Assembly (NCBI GenBank): GCA_030390025.1
Contig: CM059433.1
Coordinates: 1,798,001-1,862,000 of the forward strand
Direction of reading: 5' to 3'
DNA length: 64,000 nt
Origin: Squalus acanthias
Taxonomy: Eukaryota
Position numbers and translations under genes: made by a program. Under the pieces are notes generated by a model. The model saw only the letters and a program-made list of their open reading frames with translations, searched no databases and was not told where the DNA came from. Shown here piece by piece: positions 53,678 through 62,596 of this stretch (its first letter is position 1; every line of letters starts with the position of its first letter).

Positions 53678-54089
53678 GATGCGAATAACTCCGCTTATCG
53701 TATCAAAAATCTCAGTGGTGAGCAATCTTATCTCGATTTCACTCCGAATCCAGTAAATTAATCCCATAAATTTTAACTTCACTAGGGTCTCTGTGTCGTC
53801 CTCATTTCCCAAGAAAAATCACACTTTATATCACCATAGGCATCATTTGCCCTTAAACTTACACCACTTGTTTTCCTTCCCGGCGTAACCAGGCCGATAC
53901 TTCACGCATCACCTGTATATTTGTCTTTTATTCAAGGGAAGGAAAAACAAAACCCAAAAACCAAACAATCAACACCATCACCAAAATAAACAAATCCCAA
54001 CTCTTAAACATATCGAGTTTCCAACGTATTTACAATGAGTACAAACTTCCGCGGCGCACGTGGCGAGCGGGAGTGACGCCATTTTCCCA

Positions 54090-54347
54090 TTACACTGCGC
54101 TCTCATCGTGCACGCGCACGTAACGTTCTCGCCACTCTCCCGTGTTCTCATGCTTGGTGAGGCGCTTGTCTCTTTTACAATGTATGAACAAAAGGTATAC
54201 TACAATAAACACTTGACAGACGACTAAAATGTGGGAGGCTATTCTGACCCATGAGGGCACTTCAATATTCGTGAACAGATTCCACCACGGTGGAACCACT
54301 ATGTCTAAATAGACTTCCTCTAAACCTAGCCTTAAAACTCCCATCAT
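54090..54347 (-). CDS. 85-aa single-pass membrane protein, env TM-tail-like
   Basis: MMGVLRL...PPWWNLFTNIEVPSWVRIASHILVVCQVFIVVYLLFIHCKRDKR; preceded by the acceptor-like TTTGTAGTGTTTTTAACAG (AG at 54360-54359). Confidence 0.55.
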   Translation of the reverse strand: MMGVLRLGLEEVYLDIVVPPWWNLFTNIEVPSWVRIASHILVVCQVFIVVYLLFIHCKRDKRLTKHENTGEWRERYVRVHDESAV

Positions 54348-54478
54348 TTTGTCGTTATCTGTTAAAAACACTACAAACTTAACCTTATTAAAACTTAAAA
54401 CTTAACCTTGAACTATAAACTTAAAACTTAACCTTAAACTAATACTTTACAATGCCGCCCGTTCTCAGGGCGGCCCCT

Positions 54479-55600
54479 TTAAATCCTGAGAAGGCTGCTG
54501 CGAGCTCTTCCCGACGGTGGGAGGGCACTGACCCTTTCCTCTGATCTGCCGCAGCCTGTTACTGCTTCGATGTGGCCTGTCTCTACCCGGGTTATCTTAA
54601 CCTGAAACTTACGCCCTGGGGCAGCCTGTGGACCTGACCACATCTTCCTGGGCTGGGGTACTCTGCTTGACCTACGGGGAATTGCTATGGGCGGGGGCTC
54701 CGTGACGGACGGACCGGGTCCCGAGACCTTCAACGGGATGACCTGGGGTTCCATCACAGGCGCCAGCCCCGCCTCCGCTGACTCCGCCTCCCTAACCTCG
54801 GGGCTGGCAGTTCGGGGCCCCGCCCTGCTCGGCCCAGCAGGCGGCCCTTCACTCGTGAACTCTGCCTCCCCTGAGGACTGGACGTTCAAAGCGGGCGGCC
54901 ACACCTCTGGGAACCACATAGCGGCTGGCCCGGCCTCCTCTAGCTCCTTCCTCCTGTTGTCGGGACCTGCAGCTTGTGTGTCCACCCCGTATGGATCTCT
55001 ACCTAGCGGCCCCAATCCTCCCAGACCGTTCCTCAGGAACCACCCGTCATCATCACTATGCTCATCTGCACTATCCTCATCTGACCAGGGTACCCTGGGG
55101 TCCTCGTCATCTAACCCCCAACTCCAGAAAAACGCTGCATGGTCGTCCGGGATGTCCCTTCCCCTGATGCAAGCTGCTACGCCTGCCTGTGTGCCTTGTG
55201 GTCCTACCTGGGGCTGTGCTTCCCCACTCGCAGGTCTGGCCCCTCCCTTAAGACAGGCCACCGCCCCTGCTTGTTTCTGTGAAATCTCACCTGCTGGAGG
55301 CTGCAGATTTCTATCCTGTTTTAAATCCTCATACTCCCTGCTCTTGGCTACCCTGTAGGCTGCTTTTATCTCACTAAGCTGCGCTTCTAGCCTGAGCACG
55401 TCTAACTTTCCCATTGATCGGGCGTTCTCCTCCCGCAGGGTCTGCTCTCTAAGCTGCCCTTCCAGCCCATCTATTTTCCCTATTAAGCGGGCGTTCTCCT
55501 CCCGCAAGGCCTGCTCTTTTAACCTGGCCTCCTCACCGCAGACCCCCTCCTGTGCGTGTCTTTTAAAAGGACACAGGTAGGCAGGCTGCGTGGGCTCTAG
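54479..55600 (-). CDS. In-frame readthrough extension of Gag (373 codons; coiled-coil, acidic and Pro-rich; unknown function)
   Basis: 31 sense codons link the gag TGA to ORF 54479-55507 in the same frame; no ATG start of its own at the 5' end; no protease, RT or IN motifs. Confidence 0.7.
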   Translation of the reverse strand, partial: LEPTQPAYLCPFKRHAQEGVCGEEARLKEQALREENARLIGKIDGLEGQLREQTLREENARSMGKLDVLRLEAQLSEIKAAYRVAKSREYEDLKQDRNLQPPAGEISQKQAGAVACLKGGARPASGEAQPQVGPQGTQAGVAACIRGRDIPDDHAAFFWSWGLDDEDPRVPWSDEDSADEHSDDDGWFLRNGLGGLGPLGRDPYGVDTQAAGPDNRRKELEEAGPAAMWFPEVWPPALNVQSSGEAEFTSEGPPAGPSRAGPRTASPEVREAESAEAGLAPVMEPQVIPLKVSGPGPSVTEPPPIAIPRRSSRVPQPRKMWSGPQAAPGRKFQVKITRVETGHIEAVTGCGRSEERVSALPPSGRARSSLLRI

Positions 55601-55603
55601 TCA
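55534..55603 (-). promoter_or_regulatory. Stop-codon readthrough signal: UGA-CUAG + 8-nt spacer + stem-loop
   Basis: TGA CTAGAGCC then CACGCAGCCTGCCTACCTGTG...CACAGGAGGGGGTCTGCGGTG (CGCAG/CTGCG, CCT/AGG and CCTGTG/CACAGG pairings, folded by eye). Confidence 0.7.
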
Positions 55604-57412
55604 TTGGGTACTATTAGACGGTCCTGCGGCACCTACGGGGCCGGTTGCGACCGCCACCTGTCCACGCGCATTCAAAACCATCTTGCGCATGGCTCCTAAC
55701 ACTGCTTCGAGGTCGTCGGGAGAGGTGGGTGCCTTTGCTTCCTTAGCCGGGACAGGCGCCTGGGTTCGGACCGCGGGATTTTTATCCTTGGAATCCTTCC
55801 AAGGGTTCCTGCAGTGCTTGCGCCAGTGCCCTGTCTTCCCACACCCGTAACAGGCATTACTTGCCTGTGGGGCGCGATTACCCTCCTGATGCCACTCTCT
55901 CTGAGCCGGGGCTGCGGGTCGTACCTCATGTACTCTTCCCTTAAAGGGACGTGTCGTCATACCCCTTATGTTACGGTAACCCAACGTAAGTCGATTCAAG
56001 ACCGACTCTTCCGTAAGGTTGAGGTCATTGGGATCGAACCAGGCTTTTGCCTGCTCTCTAACGGCTGGTAAACTGTTGGCTATTATGCACCTAAGCCAAT
56101 GAATTAAAGCGGCGCCTTCCACATCTTCGCGTTCGGGCGCACCTAGACAGCTGCGCTCATATACTGGCCACAGCCTGTCGGCAAAAACCTTCGGGGGTTC
56201 TCCCTCCATCTGCACTGTCTGTCCCACTCTAGCAAACGGACCTCCGTCGTTCGCTCCCACTACTTCTAGGACCTCATTTTTCAATTCCTCATAACTTTTA
56301 TTACCCCTCTTGCTATCGCCTGAGAGACACTGAAGGACCGAGCTATCTAACGAGAACAGCAGCATTTTTGCTGTCTCCCCATCATCGCAGCCGTTGATGG
56401 CTGCGGCTTGCTCAACTTCCCTAAAATGTACGGAAGGGTCATCTATCTCGGTCAGCTTCCTTACGTGGTTTATCATGGCCCTCAGCTGATGTGAACTGTG
56501 AGGCAACACCAGCTGTCCGAGGAGATCCCCCGGTTCTTCCCCACCGTTTCTGCTTGGGCCCCTTTTAATACCCGTTACTGGATACAACGATCCCTTTTCT
56601 ACCTCCTTTTCAACGGGCTCTTTTGCTTCTTCCGTTGCTTCCTCCCTAACCCAGGTTTCTGAATAGCTGGGTGGCGCGGAGGGCGCAGTGGCTACTACTT
56701 CTTCTGCTTTACTTGGTGGGGAATTTCTAAATCTCTCATTTACTAGCGGCTGGCGTGCCGACGGATTAATAAGGCACACCATGCCGTTCGCATTATTCAC
56801 GGCCTTTTTGAGGCTCTCTATCTCTTTTTCGCAGGCGCTATGGTCGGCTCCCTGAAACTTATCCTCAAGGGCCAACTTATACGCCGACCTAACCCCCATT
56901 AAGCTCTCTTCTTGAGTTCTTATCTGGGCAGCTTGACGGTTACATCTTTCCTTCATCCTACTCTCGTTTAATTTTGCTTCAGTGATCTGGCACTCGAGAT
57001 ACTCTACCCTTGTTTTAAGGTAACTGGAGACTTCCTGGCTTTCCTGGCGTAACTCATGTAAACTCTTAATGAGCGCCTCCCCTCCAGAAACCTTCTCCTC
57101 CATTTCCTCCTCTAACTGCTTGATTCGAGCGGTTAGCGCTGTGTTGGTCTGGTTTGAAATCTGAACCTGCCTTTTGTAGCACATAAGCCAGACTGCTTTC
57201 TCAACTGCCTTTTTATGCTCCTTACTATCAGTCCACCTTTCAGCTGCCTCTAGTGGGCTCTTATCCGCTAACAATTCGCTTATCCACTTTTTCGTTAGAT
57301 TAACCTTTCCAAATACGTAATCCGCTATCTTTTCCTGCATCACATTTCGTACAGTCATTCCAAAATCTAACACACTACCCTCTCGCTGCCAGTGTCCTGC
57401 CGCGGTCGCCAT
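55601..57412 (-). CDS. gag: Gag polyprotein (603 aa): coiled coil, late domains, capsid/MHR-like region, CCHC knuckle
   Basis: Uninterrupted ORF; CYGCGKTGHWRKHC (55811-55852); QMEGEPPKVFADRL MHR-like; PSAPPSY (56663-56683). The true start could be a downstream Met. Confidence 0.9.
   Translation of the reverse strand: MATAAGHWQREGSVLDFGMTVRNVMQEKIADYVFGKVNLTKKWISELLADKSPLEAAERWTDSKEHKKAVEKAVWLMCYKRQVQISNQTNTALTARIKQLEEEMEEKVSGGEALIKSLHELRQESQEVSSYLKTRVEYLECQITEAKLNESRMKERCNRQAAQIRTQEESLMGVRSAYKLALEDKFQGADHSACEKEIESLKKAVNNANGMVCLINPSARQPLVNERFRNSPPSKAEEVVATAPSAPPSYSETWVREEATEEAKEPVEKEVEKGSLYPVTGIKRGPSRNGGEEPGDLLGQLVLPHSSHQLRAMINHVRKLTEIDDPSVHFREVEQAAAINGCDDGETAKMLLFSLDSSVLQCLSGDSKRGNKSYEELKNEVLEVVGANDGGPFARVGQTVQMEGEPPKVFADRLWPVYERSCLGAPEREDVEGAALIHWLRCIIANSLPAVREQAKAWFDPNDLNLTEESVLNRLTLGYRNIRGMTTRPFKGRVHEVRPAAPAQREWHQEGNRAPQASNACYGCGKTGHWRKHCRNPWKDSKDKNPAVRTQAPVPAKEAKAPTSPDDLEAVLGAMRKMVLNARGQVAVATGPVGAAGPSNSTQ
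57394..57411 (-). promoter_or_regulatory. Primer-binding site, tRNA-Arg(UCG)
   Basis: TGGCGACCGCGGCAGGAC, 5 nt inside the 5' LTR, is complementary to the vertebrate tRNA-Arg-TCG 3' end (...GTCCTGCCGCGGTCG-CCA, recalled sequence). Confidence 0.85.
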
Positions 57413-57416
57413 TTTC

Positions 57417-59015
57417 TGTAAGGGATTCTCTCCTGACCCTGCGTGTCTCGTAGCCTGTGAGATTCACGCGGCTCTGTGCAGCCTGTATGTCAGTGCGGGT
57501 CTAGGCCTGGTCTCCAGCCAGTCTGGGAACACTAGACACCCCTGTGAGTGGTTCGAATCACTCTCCCTTACGGTTCTAGACACTGGACTTAGATGCGAGA
57601 GCAGTAATGGAGATAAAACTCATGTAGACTTGGTTTGAACGGTACGAAATGGAAAATCTTTATTGCATGATACTTAAAATTATGAAATACATGTCATATG
57701 CACAGATTAATGACAGTACAATCTTACAAACAGTTATAATCACTCTTAGGGAAACGAGGAACGACCAGCACAACGTAAATAGGGCACACATTACAAATAT
57801 CCTTAATCTTTAAACCCTCCCCTATCAATGTCTATCCTAAACTAGCTTCGTAGGATCCCGAGACTCATGCTCACCACTCGTAATAACTCGGAGAAATCCC
57901 GAATAGCTGATCGGATGTTTTTCACCGCAGCACCCACGTGTTGGTCAGGAGATCTCCTGGTCCCACTTGTTTACTGCTTCTGCTGCTCGGTCAGTCGGCT
58001 GGACCGTCCGCTGTAGTGAAGACCTCTGTTGGTTGGATACAAGGTATGGTGGAGCACCGTTGTCAATATCGCTGATACGATGTGTTTGCACAGTCCAGTT
58101 ATCATCGATGCAATATGTCTTGTTAAAGAAGAAAACTTCCTGTCGAGAAGACTTGGCTGATCGACCTACAGGCGCGGTCGGGATCTACTGACCGTGGCGA
58201 TGGATAAGGTCTTCTTCTCTTCTCCTCTCATCTCATCTCATCTCATCTCATCCCGGGCCTTCGGTTCCGCTGCCAGCTACCAACATAGGTCTTTGCAACA
58301 GTCTTTTACACAGGAGCAGCCACGATGATAACAGCAACAAGCGGCAAGAGTCAAGAACACGAGGCAAGAGCAAGAGCAAGAGGCCAGAGAGCGAATGGAC
58401 GGTTTGGGGCCTGCAATTATAGTGCACAGTTCTTCCGTTTCCCGCCCAACTACAATGTCCATTCTTTTGTTTACGGTTTGGCGCCCAAAAATGTCCTGTA
58501 TGGGTGATCTCTGTCCTTAATGGGTTTCGGGGCTACTCCTGAATGTTTGAGTACCTGCTAATATTTCTCCCATTGTTAAATCGGTCGGTGTTCCCCCTGG
58601 AGGGGTTTGGGGCTTCCAAGTGTCCTGTATAACTACCTGCTAACGGCTCTCTCATCGTAGAGCCGTTGGGAGTTTACATATTAATGTCCTTTGGATGGGC
58701 CCTTGATGGCTTTCCTTTGTACCTGGGAGACCGATTCCAGTATCGATGTTTATACTGTAAACCCATAATGTCCTGTGTATTGTCTTCACTGTGCTGAATC
58801 GTTATCGATCCTGCAAAAAAATGTTTATTGGAACGCCATCTTGTCTGCCTGTTGAAAAGTCTAGAATGTTCTGTCACGAGGTGCGGCGGCCATTTTACAG
58901 GCTGCTTGTGTCCAATTTAAACCTGACAGCATTCCGCTGAAATAAAAGCTGTTTTGAACGAAACTTTGTGTTTTCTCCTTATTAAAATGAAATCGCGATA
59001 ATTGCGAATTCTACA
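57417..59015 (-). repeat. 5' LTR (1599 bp)
   Basis: Apparently identical to 52068-53665 except one extra A near 57813; minus-strand AATAAA at 57659-57664; (ATCTC)n tract. Confidence 0.95.
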
Positions 59016-59019
59016 GACT

Positions 59020-60250
59020 GAACAAGTGCTGTCATCCTTTGCATTGTCCTGTTTATTGATCTGCTGGATCAAGCCCTGTAGAATTCTATCAGATCCTCAG
59101 TGACGTGTAGCGTCAGTGCTGACTGCTGTACAGCTTGGCTCTGTGTCAGTGTCTGCGGGGGTATGATTCACACATGACTCCGGCAGTTGGTAGCGGCAGT
59201 CACAGATTGCCAGAAGCTGTGGAGAAAGAGCAAAGACTGGTGAGCAATCACTTTAGGTTATTGGTCTCCTTCTACACGCACAATGAAGTGCTGACAACAT
59301 TCCTTTTTGTAGAAGTATTTAACGTTTCTGACAATACCAGCATCTAACATCTATACGTATGCTGTGGCATTTGGTGGCAATTCGTCAAGCTGTCAAGGTT
59401 TGAAGTGGCTGATTGCGTTGTCCAAAAGCAAGACAATGCGTCGCTGCTGAAGACACATGGAGCAACGAAAATCCTGTAGCCAGGAGTCTGCTGAAGACAT
59501 CTACGCCTTTTCACTTTCCTTTTGTCTAGTGTACATTTCTGGATCAAATTTCCCAATGAAACACCAGAGGCATTCTTGCCTTGCTCCTGACAACTGACTT
59601 TCTCCTGCCAGGGCTGTCATTTTTTAACTCACAATTGGTTTTGATGTTAAAACAGCATTGCAGCCCATAAAGTAGAAAAGGCCAATGTCATCCTGGCAGT
59701 AGATGTCAGGTAGGGCAAGATACCTGCAGCTGAGTGTGGTCAGAGATAACAGCAGTCGGCTTGGTACTCACAGTTTCACCATGTAATAACAACAACACAA
59801 CAATAACAATTTATTCAGTGCCTTTAATATATAAAGACACTTAAGGTACTTCACAGGAGTGTAAGAAAATAAATGGATGCCAAGTCAAAGAAGGAGATTT
59901 TGGGAGTGGTGACCAAAAGCTTGATCAAAGAGGTGGGTTTTCAGGAGAGTCTTAAAGGGGGAGATGGTGATGGAGAGGCCGAGGGTGGGGCCTAAACTGG
60001 ATTAATCTGTGGTAGATGCTAACTACTTCTACACGTTTCTTCAGATATCACTGCAAGTCACTGGGTCTGGCCACAGACTAAATGCAGACTGCATATACTT
60101 TCACATCTTTGTACGGAGCAGTGAGGTGTTCAGCTTCCAGATGCACAGCTCACATTTCTGCTCATTGAAGATTTTGCAGTGAGCACTCTTCATATGCACT
60201 GAGGTCACCATATCTGCCAATACCTGAAATCTGAAAAGCTGGCCAAAATT
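59020..60250 (-). pseudogene. Ancient Tigger/pogo (CENP-B family) transposase fossil
   Basis: Minus-strand motifs DDIGLFY (about 59672-59692), WLQDF...RRIVLLLDNAISH (about 59405-59485), LPPNATA..LDAGIVRNVKYFY (about 59310-59382), WQSVTAAT; HTH-like KIFNEQKCELC near 60150-60180; an L2-type tail is inserted at about 59780-59990. Confidence 0.75.
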
Positions 60251-61854
60251 CTCAGCTTAAGTGCTATGTTTAGACAAACGGGAACAGGATCTGAAAATAG
60301 CATATTTCATATCGCATCAGGCTCATGTGCAGAGCACAAGTAGAAACAAGACATGCAGGAAGGTGCGAGACAGCTAGCTGAAAATCGTGCATGCTAAGTG
60401 GCAGCAAATCTGTTTAACAAGCAGTTATTTCACTAAAATGAGTAGAGAATAATGGGGATTTTCAAATTCAAAGCACAACGTTTTTGGATAATTCAGTGTA
60501 TTTATAATGGAATCTGTTTAGTTTTCAGGAAAAATTGTTCAGATCCCCAGACATTCAGCTTAATGAATTACAGATAAACTAAGTCTGAAATGCTTTTATA
60601 GTCCTTTTCTCACAGAAGTGGGATAGTTTTGGTTTACAGCTTGACATGTCGGTAATGGGATCCATCCAGGCTCAGTGGAATGTTAAGCTCTCAATATATG
60701 TTTGTATAGGTCACTGTTCACACTGGGAAGCTCCATGGAGATGAGAAAGGGAGAGAGTTCAAGCTTAGATTATACGAGGAAGAAGACAGCCGAGAACAAC
60801 ACTGGGAACCTGAGAAAGAGCAAATGGGAGAAAGGGGAAAAGGAAAAATGAGCTGTTTTGATATTAGTTTTGTGCTGTGTTAGTGCTGCTGGCTGCTGCC
60901 ATCTCCTGTTGGAACTAGTTAATTCAGTCTAGGGCAGGAATTGGGCGTGGGTATTTATTGTACTTGTGGCTCAGTTACACGCTGCCTTTATCAGCTAAGC
61001 TATCAGAGAGTTGCTATTTTCTTAACACTGCTCCCAAACGCTTAAGGCCTGAAATCCCAACACGTCTGTTCCACCGGCAGACATGCGGTGAAGCAAAACT
61101 CCCATCCGTCCATGGCGGGTGACGCAGGCCTCATCCCAAATTGTGGGGACAGGGTCATTTAAATGTTCAAGAATGGCAGCCTGCACCCATAAAGGAGCAT
61201 TAGTGGTGCCCACCTCGACTGACCTGAGGAAAGTCAGTGTGGCACCATGCCACCTTGATGGATCAAAGGAGGACCAGGAAGGGCCAAAGTGATAAGCAGG
61301 AAATTAGAAAAATGCTTCCAAGGGAGCAAATGGCCATGTTTACCAATGCTATCGATCCCTCTGGGATTGATTACTTTTGCCGACACGACTTTTTCTCAGC
61401 TGTGCTCCGTTGGGCCTGACAGAGGTGTAATTGGCAGAATTCCTTAAGAAGCTGGGAGAGGAAGGCAGAATACTCACCTGCTCTACCCCGAACGGAATTT
61501 GTGCCGGAACTTAAATGGAGCAAATTCCTGCTCCCTGCAGGAGACCCGCCTGCCCTCTGTAATAGAGCCACCTGGTGGACTACTGATGTATATAATAAAG
61601 CCATGTGCAGTACAGTTCTTACCGGAAGCCATGTTGTGCTGTTGTATATATATGCTGTGTCTCAAGATATCACAGAATTGGCGATGAGGATGCGATTGCG
61701 GATTCCTTAGCTGATATTTTTGTTGGAGGATAATCCTGCCAACCAACGGAGGGACTGTTAGAGGTTCTTCGTTTTGCAGAAAAACTTAAGAATCCAAGGT
61801 AAATTTCGAGCACACGTGGTTGAACTTTCGACGTTGCCAGAGTCCAGATGACCA

Positions 61855-62490
61855 TGACTATGGGGATAATAGGGCACTTGGGTGAGTTCTATGATGACTG
61901 AGAGAATTTCGGAGCCTATGGGGAGCGGCTAGAAATGTTTTTCACAGCGAACAGTATCGTCGAAGTCTCCGATGATGTAAATCATAACCAGGCGGTTTTA
62001 GAAATGAAACAGGTTATTTTTTTGACTGAAGGAGGCCCCGAGGTGTATGAAACCCTGAAAAATGTGCTTCTTCCCGCCGAAGGACACGCCACTGAAGGAG
62101 ATCCTAACCAAGTTAGAACAGCACTGCAGTCCTGAGCCCCTGGAAATTGCTGAAAGTTATTATTTTGGAACACGCGATCAATTAAATGAGGAGGGTATCA
62201 GTGAGTACATTGTAGCTTTAAAAAAGCTGTCCATTCACTGTCATTTCAGAAACTTTCAGGACCGAGCTTTGCGTGACCGCTTTGTTTGTGGGTTGAAAAA
62301 AGAACGTATCAGAAGTAAATTGATGACAACCCGTAACCCGACTTTTGACTTAGCTTGTCAGACAGCTGTCGATGGATATGGTCGACCGACACTCCCGAGA
62401 GTTCCGTGCCATTTACAGTCGTCAGACAACCGAGGTGAATCGGCTGCAGGCTAAAAGTAAAAGGCATCTTGTGAAGGCGTGCCGACAGAA
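61855..62490 (+). pseudogene. gag: Gypsy gag, frameshifted with the zinc knuckle partly deleted
   Basis: YGERLEMFFTAN, EGISEYIVALKKL..HC.F, LRDRFVCGL; contains a stop and frameshifts; only GHLVKAC remains of the knuckle. Confidence 0.8.
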
Positions 62491-62596
62491 GAGTAAACCG
62501 ACTGGCAATGCTAGAAGTAGAAATCGCCAGACACTACATACCGTTGAAGAGAAGCAGCAGGGCGAGGAGTTTCTGGAGATTCACGTCATCAGGAGC

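Larger units (their letters stand above)
52068..59015 (-). mobile_element. Young non-autonomous LTR retroelement / endogenous retrovirus-like element (gag + readthrough ORF + mini TM ORF, no pol)
   Basis: Direct repeats of about 1.6 kb with TGTA...TACA termini; TSD GACT at 52064-52067 and 59016-59019; PBS, PPT and an intact gag. Confidence 0.95.

Noticed and set aside
53567..53812. 81-aa ORF running into U3 (nef/bel-like position)
   Set aside because: TTG start, short, and no recognisable features.
54073..54086. Second PBS-like GAAAATGGCGTCAC
   Set aside because: Only about 9 nt of tRNA-like complementarity and no adjacent LTR; it may be a YY1-type motif or chance.
54687..55358. 223-aa plus-strand ORF antisense to the readthrough extension
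   Set aside because: It is Ser/Pro/Gly/Ala-rich, the expected shadow of a GC-rich coding strand, with no independent support.
55559..55570. TTTTAAAA as a -1 frameshift site
   Set aside because: It does not fit X XXY YYZ in the gag frame, and the downstream ORF is already in frame; it lies in the loop of the stem-loop.
52068..59015. 1.6-kb duplication as an assembly error or segmental duplication
   Set aside because: TG...CA termini, a 4-bp TSD, and a PBS and PPT at the expected positions identify true LTRs.
59077..59086. TGTAGAATTC, an inverted copy of the LTR terminus in the flank
   Set aside because: A 10-bp match within the Tigger fossil; plausible by chance.
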